DNA from: a virus
Taxonomy: Duplodnaviria > Caudoviricetes
Reading direction: 5' to 3' (one strand)
IMG/VR virus record: IMGVR_UViG_3300029982_000009
DNA length: 64,000 bases
In this document: positions 1-8,092 of the stretch, in pieces
Layout of the letters: each line of letters begins with the position of its first letter
Numbering within the stretch: position 1 is the stretch's first letter
Program-made: the position numbers and the translations under genes
Notes under the pieces: generated by a model
The model's input: the letters and a program-made list of their open reading frames with translations, nothing else
Database searches by the model: none
Told to the model about the DNA's origin: nothing

Positions 1-162
1 AGATGTTCCGCCGACAGAAGTAACAATACTTTCAAGAATTGGGCTTACAAAAGCAATATCGGTTTCTGCAACCTGTGCCCAAGATGGTTCTGATTTGAAT
101 AGTTTCTTAAATAGGTTTTCGATATCTTCGAAGTGAGTTTTAAAAGATAAAATAAAAGACAT
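1..162 (-). CDS. Hypothetical protein, partial (runs off window start)
   Basis: Manual translation MSFILSFKTHFEDIENLFKKLF... with AAGGAG RBS upstream; not in the ORF track. Confidence 0.4.
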   Translation of the reverse strand, partial: MSFILSFKTHFEDIENLFKKLFKSEPSWAQVAETDIAFVSPILESIVTSVGGTS

Positions 163-271
163 GTTGATCTCCTTAATAGTTACAATTGTTTTTTCAATTG
201 TGTTGTTTAAAATTGTTTCTGAAACAGCTTTCTGCACAGTTTCAACTGGTGACGTATGAGAGAGAAAATGA

Positions 272-844
272 CTAAATATGTTTTTTAATGTCATAAGGAA
301 TGCCCGCCGCGTGCATCAAGGTTTGAATCAATGGATCAGTTGATACATAACTTTCAGTTTTAATTCCCGCCGCCTGTTTTAAATTATCAATTGGCCTATT
401 AATTTGTTCTCTGTAGTTACGCGGGCTTAACGGAACAAATAATTTTAAATTCTTTTCGGATAATGGATGATATTCGTCATCCATATATTTAAATTTCCAT
501 TCATTTTGTTTTAGTTGTGACGCAGCCGATAAGTCTGAAATTAGTTGGAATATCTGGGTAATGAGGCGTCTTCGTCGTAAAATTTCTACATAAACTAAAT
601 AGCTACCGGGTTTAATTTCTGATGCAGAAATGTCGGCATCCAAAATAAAATCGTAACCATTTTCAAAAAAACCAATTACATCAAGAGCTGCTCGCTTATC
701 ATTAACCAAGAAACTTATAACGGCAATTTCATCATCTTTACCAATTTTAGAGCAAAATTCGTCGATGTGGATCGAGGGCTCGAGCACGAATTTTAAATCA
801 GAGATTTCAAAAGATTCTAATACTTTCATTTCACTCCCATGCAA
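272..844 (-). CDS. Hypothetical phage protein
   Basis: 190-aa ORF with TATAAATA late motif just upstream (about 847-854). Confidence 0.6.
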   Translation of the reverse strand: MHGSEMKVLESFEISDLKFVLEPSIHIDEFCSKIGKDDEIAVISFLVNDKRAALDVIGFFENGYDFILDADISASEIKPGSYLVYVEILRRRRLITQIFQLISDLSAASQLKQNEWKFKYMDDEYHPLSEKNLKLFVPLSPRNYREQINRPIDNLKQAAGIKTESYVSTDPLIQTLMHAAGIPYDIKKHI

Positions 845-862
845 CTATATTTATAGTCTAAG

Positions 863-1414
863 CTATTGGGCAGCCTGATTTTGTTCTTCGGCCGCTTTCT
901 GTGCGCCCGCGTGAGTATCAAGATCTTCTGAGTAGGCTTTCTCAATATTAGTTGAGTCGATATCATCCATATCGATTTCAGAATCCATAATTTCTTCGCT
1001 TCCTTGGGTAATGTCTTTCATTAGGAATCGTGGCATATTGATAGTTATTAGCCAAACAAGCATTTTTTTAAGTTTTGCTTTTTTAATTTTTGGACGAAAA
1101 TCATCGGCGTCTTCAATTTTTACAGGATATACAAGCCATGCTTTTCTATACCCAACTTTAACTCCATATGGTAATAATCTAGAGGCGCCGGATGGGTCCG
1201 GCATTTTGGATAACGGTGATGAAAATGTACATTGGACTCGGTATGCAGCAATTTCGGGGCCCGCTACTAACTCTAGTGTCTTCCAATTATGAAAGGCATA
1301 TAACCCATTTTCATCAATAACTCGTTCAAATTCTCGAAGAATAGACATAGCGCTTGCACTTATTGAGACTTGCCTAATATTATCGAGAATTTCGCTTATT
1401 TTAATATTTGCCAT
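863..1414 (-). CDS. Hypothetical phage protein with acidic C-terminus
   Basis: 183-aa ORF, AAGGA RBS, TAAATA motif upstream. Confidence 0.65.
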   Translation of the reverse strand: MANIKISEILDNIRQVSISASAMSILREFERVIDENGLYAFHNWKTLELVAGPEIAAYRVQCTFSSPLSKMPDPSGASRLLPYGVKVGYRKAWLVYPVKIEDADDFRPKIKKAKLKKMLVWLITINMPRFLMKDITQGSEEIMDSEIDMDDIDSTNIEKAYSEDLDTHAGAQKAAEEQNQAAQ

Positions 1415-1555
1415 TGTTATCCTTCACGCATATTTATCAATGAATATCCCACGAACTTAGTTCGCATACAAGTATTTAGCATTTTTAAAGGAATAATTTG
1501 CATTGAAATGCTGCCGGTAAATACTTGGCAGGGTAATTTAGGGGAGACACTTCAT

Positions 1556-2308
1556 ATGTCGAGAACCAAAAAGGTACGCTCCAACAACGAGTTTTCAGAA
1601 TCAACTAAGAAAAACAACCCAGATACCGCTCATTATACAATTAAAACAGGAATTAAAAAGGCTGTTCAAATTATCCCACGCAATATTCACCAAGAAGAAT
1701 ATCTCGAGTATTTATTAAACCCAGAAAAAATGATTGTAATAGTACAAGGTCCAGCCGGCACTGGAAAAACAGTTATGGCGATGCTTGCTGCAATTAAGGC
1801 ATTTAGTGAAAAAAAAGTAAATAAAATTATTTTATGCCGTCCTTCAGTTGGAACCGATGATGAAAATCTCGGATTTCTACCGGGTGATATTAATGAAAAA
1901 TTAGCGCCGTGGCTTCAGGCATTATTTGATGTTCTTTTAGAGTATTTTTCTGCTAAAGAATTGGCAACAATGATTGAAAATAAACGGATCGAATGTTTAC
2001 CATTGATGTATGTGCGCGGACGAAATATTTCATCGTTCGTAATTTTAGATGAATCTCAAAATTGTTCTAAAAAACAAATTCTTGCTTTAGGTACTAGATT
2101 GTGTGAAGGTTCCAAATTAGTATTAACGGGAGATAATGATCAATCAGATAAACGTAGCGGAGATAATGGATTAAAATATTTTTCAGAGTCACTTAAAAAA
2201 TACGGTAGAAGTGAGTTTATTGCCAGTATTGAATTTTCGGAAAACGATATTGAAAGGCACCCTGTTGTAAAAGAAGTAATCGACATATTTAGAAAAGGGG
2301 AAGAATAA
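1556..2308 (+). CDS. phoH: PhoH-family ATPase
   Basis: GPAGTGKT Walker A, LGFLPGDINEK, YVRGR, ILDESQN and GDNDQSD motifs; start moved to ATG 1556 (GGAGA RBS). Confidence 0.93.
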   Translation: MSRTKKVRSNNEFSESTKKNNPDTAHYTIKTGIKKAVQIIPRNIHQEEYLEYLLNPEKMIVIVQGPAGTGKTVMAMLAAIKAFSEKKVNKIILCRPSVGTDDENLGFLPGDINEKLAPWLQALFDVLLEYFSAKELATMIENKRIECLPLMYVRGRNISSFVILDESQNCSKKQILALGTRLCEGSKLVLTGDNDQSDKRSGDNGLKYFSESLKKYGRSEFIASIEFSENDIERHPVVKEVIDIFRKGEE

Positions 2309-2316
2309 AATAAGAT

Positions 2317-2346
2317 AAAAACGGTGGCCTGACGGCCACCGTTTTT
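2317..2346. terminator. Bidirectional intrinsic terminator
   Basis: AAAAACGGTGGCC-TGAC-GGCCACCGTTTTT between convergent phoH and tdk. Confidence 0.85.
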
Positions 2347-2908
2347 ATGATTCCAATATTGGATCAAAGCATTGCCGACATCGCGCCTCGTAAAGAGTAT
2401 CTGCCCCAACTAATACTCGACTAGTATCAGTGCTTAATCGTTGCGAATGAATTGCGGGTTCCCCGCATTTTACGCATACGGCTGATAATTTAATAACTTC
2501 GTCAGCAATAGCCATCAATTCTGGTATAGGATGAAATGGTTCCCCAGCAAAAGTTGTATCGAGTCCAGCGATAATAACTCTTTTTCCGGCACGTGCTAGT
2601 TCAATAGAAAATGATATTAGTTCATCCCCAAAAAATTGCGCTTCGTCAATTCCTATTACATCAAAATTATTAAGACATATTCCGGCAATAGTTTTTAGCT
2701 CGCCAGTAGTTTGAACTGTTTTCGCGGAGAAAGTTAATTTGCTGTGTGATGCAATATCGGTTACATTATATCTATTATCGATATTTGGTTTGAAACATTG
2801 TATTCGTTGTTTTGCAAAGGTAGCTCGGCGCAGCCGCCTTATTAATTCTTCGGATTTTCCTGAGAACATTGGCCCAGTTATTACTTCTATCCTACCGCTT
2901 TTCATCAT
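2345..2908 (-). CDS. tdk: Thymidine kinase
   Basis: GPMFSGKSEEL, IDEAQF, C-x2-C zinc site and YEARCRQC. Confidence 0.96.
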   Translation of the reverse strand: MMKSGRIEVITGPMFSGKSEELIRRLRRATFAKQRIQCFKPNIDNRYNVTDIASHSKLTFSAKTVQTTGELKTIAGICLNNFDVIGIDEAQFFGDELISFSIELARAGKRVIIAGLDTTFAGEPFHPIPELMAIADEVIKLSAVCVKCGEPAIHSQRLSTDTSRVLVGADTLYEARCRQCFDPILES

Positions 2909-3377
2909 GATCCTTTGATTCCGATATTAGTGTTTCTATTTGTTGCATTTGCTCGTTAAAAAATATTAATCCCCACTGAAATACTTTTTTTCTATCGGCA
3001 ATAGCCATAATACCCATTATGCGATCTTCTAAAATTTCATCTATAAAACCACACGAATTGGTTTCTTTAAACTGATCCGCGATAAAACCTTTTTTATCAA
3101 TATAACTGTGCGTTAACACTGCATTTGGGTGGGTATGAATAGTTCCAAAATATTTTAAATTTGTGCCCGCTTCTATTTCTTCCTCCGCACTCTGATAGGA
3201 AATTCCACGGGGGTTAGTTCTGTTAACCGATAAGTCGTCTAAGGCATAGATATAGAGCGTATCCATAACTTGCTTACCTAGTATGGCAGATATGCATTCG
3301 TTTGGATACGCTCTTAGCGCTTTTTGTTTAAATTCATTAACGATATCGTTATGAATAACAACTTGAGTTATGAACAA
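2892..3377 (-). CDS. JAB/MPN+ (JAMM) metallo-isopeptidase-like protein
   Basis: PNEC glutamate plus H-T-H-x7-S-x2-D (HTHPNAVLTHSYID), the full JAMM motif. Confidence 0.8.
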   Translation of the reverse strand: MFITQVVIHNDIVNEFKQKALRAYPNECISAILGKQVMDTLYIYALDDLSVNRTNPRGISYQSAEEEIEAGTNLKYFGTIHTHPNAVLTHSYIDKKGFIADQFKETNSCGFIDEILEDRIMGIMAIADRKKVFQWGLIFFNEQMQQIETLISESKDHDEKR

Positions 3378-3380
3378 GAA

Positions 3381-3677
3381 TTATTCCTCTGTGGTTAATT
3401 GCACCGCATCTAATTGTTCCGGATAAATTGCGTGAAAGTAGTCATATACATCTGAATAATTATCAGACGCAAATCGTGAATAATCACGGCATTTCTCTAT
3501 AGTTTTCTTTTTAAGATTTAACACGGTATCAGCTCTGTTTAATTCGGTAGCTCGCAAATTACGAACTAATGAGATATGTTCGTCCCTAGCTAAATTTCGT
3601 GAATCCGAGAAAAAATCTTTTTGACTAGTTGCCTTTTCATTAAGCGGTGCGATGAAAAATGTTGAAACTAAAAACAT
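3381..3677 (-). CDS. Hypothetical protein
   Basis: 98-aa ORF packed in the operon with RBS. Confidence 0.6.
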   Translation of the reverse strand: MFLVSTFFIAPLNEKATSQKDFFSDSRNLARDEHISLVRNLRATELNRADTVLNLKKKTIEKCRDYSRFASDNYSDVYDYFHAIYPEQLDAVQLTTEE

Positions 3678-3687
3678 TTATTGCTCC

Positions 3688-4614
3688 TTATGTAAGTTGT
3701 GATAATTCGATAAGCACTGCGCTGCAAAGAATTTCGGCATCTGCGCATACTGGTATTTGAACCATTGCTTTACGAATAATTAGAATAGCTTGGTCAGTTA
3801 ATTCATTAGTATTACCCCATAAATCTAAATTATCATAGCAGAATCGGAAGAATGATTCTAATTCTTCTGGCCGAATTTGCTCGCAAATTAATTTACGTGC
3901 CTCTCTAATTTTTCCAGCCTTGAATAATGCGATAGCATCAATTTTATAATCACTTGATGAAGTACTTTCGTTTTGTTTCAACAGTTTTCCATCGACCGAA
4001 TTTAATTGACAGCTATTAATACCTTTTCGCAGGTCTGGCCAAGTGCCCCTTACATAGTCATCTAGGGTATCAAGGTCAAAGTCGATATTTTCTGTTAAAA
4101 GAATCTCTGCTAATTTAGAAGTAAAATCGGTAACATCCATTTTACAGATTTCAAGACTCTGTGTTCTACTGTGAATTGCCGGAATAATTCGATTTGGATA
4201 ATTACAGGTGAGGATGAATCGACTGGAGGATGCGTACTGCTCAAGAATACCCCTTAGTGCTGCTTGAGCAACGGGCGTTAGCCCGTCGGATTCGTCTAGA
4301 ACCACAACCTTCATTGTACCAAAGGGCATTGTGCTGGCAAAGGTTGTAATACGATCTCGCATAGTATCGATATTTCGTTCACGACTAGCGTTAATCCATA
4401 AAACGTCATATGGATCAATATGCAATTCGTTAATTAACATTGCGGCGGCGCTTGATTTACCGGTTCCGGGACTGCCATGTAGCAAGAGGTTCGGTAGATC
4501 TTTATTTTTTACAAATGCTTCGATCTGCAATTTTTGTTGTGGATTACTGAAAACATATTCCGAGAGTGTCTTAGGTCGATAACGTTCAGTCCAAAGACTA
4601 TGTTCAATATTCAT
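3688..4614 (-). CDS. Sliding-clamp loader subunit (T4 gp44 / RFC small subunit-like)
   Basis: LWTERYRPKTL, GSPGTGKS, NAS, LDESD, IHSR motifs. Confidence 0.93.
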   Translation of the reverse strand: MNIEHSLWTERYRPKTLSEYVFSNPQQKLQIEAFVKNKDLPNLLLHGSPGTGKSSAAAMLINELHIDPYDVLWINASRERNIDTMRDRITTFASTMPFGTMKVVVLDESDGLTPVAQAALRGILEQYASSSRFILTCNYPNRIIPAIHSRTQSLEICKMDVTDFTSKLAEILLTENIDFDLDTLDDYVRGTWPDLRKGINSCQLNSVDGKLLKQNESTSSSDYKIDAIALFKAGKIREARKLICEQIRPEELESFFRFCYDNLDLWGNTNELTDQAILIIRKAMVQIPVCADAEILCSAVLIELSQLT

Positions 4615-4627
4615 AAGTCAATTATAC

Positions 4628-4999
4628 TTATTCCTTTCCATCAAAGCAAGAGATTTTTGCTAATTCATCTGAGTTAGAATATCCTAAAATTGCCTTAGGA
4701 TCTGCCCGACGGATGACAATATTTTGTTCTTTAAGTTGTACACCTCTAGACCACCGCCCGTGTTCCACTAATACCCATTGTCCCGGAATAAGATCATGAT
4801 TATCGTGGCCAACCGCATAGACTTTAGCCCACCGTGCATGAATACCACGGGATTTTTTATCATCGTCGATCAAGACAATTCCCATTGGGGTAATTTGTTC
4901 TCCAAAATATAAATCTTGAATAAGAACGTCCTTATGCAACGGAATAATTTCCTTAGCCGAAATAATCGGGGGAATTTCGTTTTGCTTCATTTCTTCCAT
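4628..4999 (-). CDS. groES: Co-chaperonin GroES-like
   Basis: PLHKDVLI, mobile-loop-like TPMGIVL, VYAVG, PGQWVL pattern. Confidence 0.8.
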   Translation of the reverse strand: MEEMKQNEIPPIISAKEIIPLHKDVLIQDLYFGEQITPMGIVLIDDDKKSRGIHARWAKVYAVGHDNHDLIPGQWVLVEHGRWSRGVQLKEQNIVIRRADPKAILGYSNSDELAKISCFDGKE

Positions 5000-5268
5000 T
5001 ATTTCCTACCTTTTTTGTGGTGCTCGGGAAAATCAATTGGCTCTTCAGTCGATGTTGCATCCGATTTAGCTTGTGAAGATACTGGCTTATTTGATGGAAC
5101 CGTGGCATGTAGTTTAGCTGCTACCGGAGTTACCTGTGTTTGCTCTTCTTTAGCAGTAATTTTCTTAGATGGTTTTAATCCTACAGGTGTGGCATTTGGA
5201 TTTTGGTTTCTCATTGCCGACATATCAATCTTTTTGCCTAAGGCAGTTGTTACATAATGTTTTCCCAT
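4999..5268 (-). CDS. Hypothetical protein
   Basis: 89-aa ORF abutting its neighbours in the operon. Confidence 0.55.
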   Translation of the reverse strand: MGKHYVTTALGKKIDMSAMRNQNPNATPVGLKPSKKITAKEEQTQVTPVAAKLHATVPSNKPVSSQAKSDATSTEEPIDFPEHHKKGRK

Positions 5269-5790
5269 TTATTTCTCCTTTAAAAATTCTTTATAATCTA
5301 GATTATAGAGTAGAGCATCAACGCGATGTATTTTTAATAAAAACAAACAATAAGATGAGCAAGAACTCCCACGGCCAACACCCCAGACAATATTATTTTT
5401 TTCGGCCGTATCTCGTAGATATTTAAGATATCGTAATAAATTTAATAAATTAAATTTTTTGTATAGCGTTAATTCTTCTTGCACTCTAAGTCGTTGGTCG
5501 TCGGTTGCGCACTGATTATATAGCCATAATTCGATATCAAATTGTGAATATTCTTCTGGCATTAACCAGATCTGTTGAAGCTGAGTATGATATTCTTCTG
5601 GAGTAGTTTCTCGAATATTATTCCATAAATTAACATTCGGCATAGCAAGAAAAGTTTCTTTTTTTGCTTGAATATATTTTTGCCCATTTTTCAAGAATAT
5701 ATTTTCAAAATCTAAATCGGGGTTTTTACGAAGTGCCTCGCAGATTTCTTCTTCTGTATATTCGATTTCACCATACTCGTCAATTTGCAT
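5269..5790 (-). CDS. Short DNA polymerase III alpha (DnaE)-like fragment protein
   Basis: VWGVGRGSSCSSYCLFLLKIHRVD matches the DnaE GRGS motif; only 173 aa. Confidence 0.8.
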   Translation of the reverse strand: MQIDEYGEIEYTEEEICEALRKNPDLDFENIFLKNGQKYIQAKKETFLAMPNVNLWNNIRETTPEEYHTQLQQIWLMPEEYSQFDIELWLYNQCATDDQRLRVQEELTLYKKFNLLNLLRYLKYLRDTAEKNNIVWGVGRGSSCSSYCLFLLKIHRVDALLYNLDYKEFLKEK

Positions 5791-6470
5791 TACTTATCCT
5801 TATCGTCGTCTTTCTTAATTCCACCTTCTAAAACAAATATTTTTGGATTTTTCTTTTTTGTTTCAGGATCAAAAATAATTTCTAATAATTCTTCGTCTTC
5901 ATCATTGGAAGTATTTTCTAATATATCTGCATATATAGTATCCCAATCGAGGTCTAAATCTTTCCAGGAAATATTATCGGCTGTTTGCTTAATATCCGCG
6001 GTTGTAATATCTGATCTATCCCACCAGGCGGTTGGGTGTTCGTCTGTAATATATGCGTAATCTGGAAAATTATTGTAGTCTTCGATGGTGTACATTATAT
6101 TATCGGATAGCTCACTTCCAATTATAACACTTTCTATTTCAAAATTCTCTTCTGTTATTGCAGAAAATTTTTGAAATAACATAATGCCGAGGATTTGATC
6201 ATATGGCTCTTCCGGTAAAAACACTAGATGATTATTGCCAAACATTTCCGATAATTTTAAAATATGTGGATTTTCGGAATTTAATATAATACTATTTTCA
6301 AAAATTTCTCTCATAAAAAATAAAATTCGTTGGAGAGCGATATTCTGATAATTGCTATTTTCTGTAGCAGTAATAACATTAACCTTCATTGTATACCGAT
6401 TTGGCAGAAGTCTATCACCATCACAAATAATAGCAGAAAAATTTAAATCGTAACTAAGTCTAACATTCAT
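5790..6470 (-). CDS. Hypothetical phage protein
   Basis: 226-aa ORF in operon. Confidence 0.6.
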   Translation of the reverse strand: MNVRLSYDLNFSAIICDGDRLLPNRYTMKVNVITATENSNYQNIALQRILFFMREIFENSIILNSENPHILKLSEMFGNNHLVFLPEEPYDQILGIMLFQKFSAITEENFEIESVIIGSELSDNIMYTIEDYNNFPDYAYITDEHPTAWWDRSDITTADIKQTADNISWKDLDLDWDTIYADILENTSNDEDEELLEIIFDPETKKKNPKIFVLEGGIKKDDDKDK

Positions 6471-6479
6471 AAGAGGCCC

Positions 6480-6722
6480 CTATCCGATGTTAAGTACACA
6501 CCCATCATTATCGTCTTCTTCTTTTTTCATATTACGTTTTTTTGTATATTCTTCTAATTTTTTATCAGAACGCTCACTCTGCTCGTCGATATATTGGCCT
6601 AACAGATTCTGGGCTTGCAGTGATAAATTTTGATTTAATGAAAATATAATTTTTTGAAGAGCTAGTATTTTTGAATCTAGCTCTTCATCCGTTAATTTTT
6701 CTAGTAATACATCTATTCCCAT
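6480..6722 (-). CDS. Hypothetical coiled-coil protein
   Basis: 80-aa ORF directly after dut. Confidence 0.55.
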   Translation of the reverse strand: MGIDVLLEKLTDEELDSKILALQKIIFSLNQNLSLQAQNLLGQYIDEQSERSDKKLEEYTKKRNMKKEEDDNDGCVLNIG

Positions 6723-7274
6723 TTATCGTCCTGTACTACCAAATCCTAAATCAGCACGATTTGAAGTTGGTAATTCATTAACTTCGACAATATCAACATT
6801 TGTTTTTACTTCTACCGGAATCATTTGAACGATTTTATCTCCGGCTTTTACCGTATAATTTACTTTATTGTGGTTAGTAAGTAATACTTTAAGTTCACCG
6901 GTATACCCGGCATCAATTACTCCGCCCGATACCGTGATTCCTTTAACTGCCATACTTGATCGATCTCGATATAATAGACCATAATTAATACCTGTTTCGA
7001 CTAGCCGAATATCAGCGCGAATATAATTTTCGTTGTTAAATGGATTTACAAAAAGAAGTTTTTCAAACATAGTTCTCGGCTGCCGTAGGACAACATCATA
7101 ATCTTCTTCAGCGTCTACGTACCGGGCACTAACAAAGGTATTTACAAGTGTAACTGTATTCTTATTTAAAACGGTATCTTCGGCGGCATATAGATCAAAG
7201 CCTAAATCTTCACCTGCAGTTGATACCGTTGGTAGAATTGCATGTGCGGCTAATTTCTTTACTAACAGTGGCAT
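6723..7274 (-). CDS. dut: Trimeric dUTPase with an internal insertion
   Basis: GFDLYA, RSS, GVIDAGYTGE, GDKIVQ and RADLGFGSTG motifs I-V. Confidence 0.95.
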   Translation of the reverse strand: MPLLVKKLAAHAILPTVSTAGEDLGFDLYAAEDTVLNKNTVTLVNTFVSARYVDAEEDYDVVLRQPRTMFEKLLFVNPFNNENYIRADIRLVETGINYGLLYRDRSSMAVKGITVSGGVIDAGYTGELKVLLTNHNKVNYTVKAGDKIVQMIPVEVKTNVDIVEVNELPTSNRADLGFGSTGR

Positions 7275-7325
7275 AAATTAAATCTCCTATTAATAATTAT
7301 AACATTACTAATAGGAGGTGTCAAT

Positions 7326-8072
7326 CTAAAGTGTTGTTAAGTGTGCATATGACCAAATTGAGGTATTGCCTGTGTATTCTCCGACGCAAACATATATGTT
7401 TCCGTTGCCGTATGCAAGTTGCCCAGGTGTATCTGAAGGAATACCTACAGATGTTGGTACATATGATTTTGCAACGCTCAAACTATTTTTACGAGTAAGA
7501 ATCCAGTTTGTTCCGTCAGGACTACCTAAGGTAAGCGTATGTGGGCCAGCAGCATTAAATGTTAATACGTTGGTTACCGAATTAAAGCCAGTAATACTAT
7601 TCCCGTGCTGGACTGCTAATCCGCCGAAACTTAAATTATGACTAGAATCTACCGCAGTTACATACAATGTCAATTCGGAATAACCTAAATTTGGAAAATT
7701 TGTAGGATTAACTGTGGTGGTAACATTACCAGTCCCCGCAAGAGATACCTCATGAAATGTGCCTAATGTAAAATCAAAATTTTCTGTGGCCGAAGTAGTT
7801 AATGATCCATGATTATAAATCTGTAAGCCGAAATCATTTAATTCTGTATTTGATATCGGCATCCCGCCCATATTATTAATATTTGCATTTGCTCCATAGG
7901 TAAGTGCAGATTTAACTACCACCTTATTAATTAAATCATTAATTTCCGCAGCGGTTTCGGCGAAATTGTTCAGAGTGGCAAGAAAATTACTACGAAAGCC
8001 TTGGGTACTCTGATTCACACCCGCTACAGGATAGGTTGGATCGATTGAATTTGGATTAATTTGTGATGCCAT
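7326..8072 (-). CDS. Virion structural protein (baseplate/tail)
   Basis: Asn/Thr/Gly-rich; YPVAGVNQSTQGFRSNF N-terminus; TATAAATA promoter at 8090-8097. Confidence 0.65.
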   Translation of the reverse strand: MASQINPNSIDPTYPVAGVNQSTQGFRSNFLATLNNFAETAAEINDLINKVVVKSALTYGANANINNMGGMPISNTELNDFGLQIYNHGSLTTSATENFDFTLGTFHEVSLAGTGNVTTTVNPTNFPNLGYSELTLYVTAVDSSHNLSFGGLAVQHGNSITGFNSVTNVLTFNAAGPHTLTLGSPDGTNWILTRKNSLSVAKSYVPTSVGIPSDTPGQLAYGNGNIYVCVGEYTGNTSIWSYAHLTTL

Positions 8073-8092
8073 ATTATTATCTCCTAATGTAT

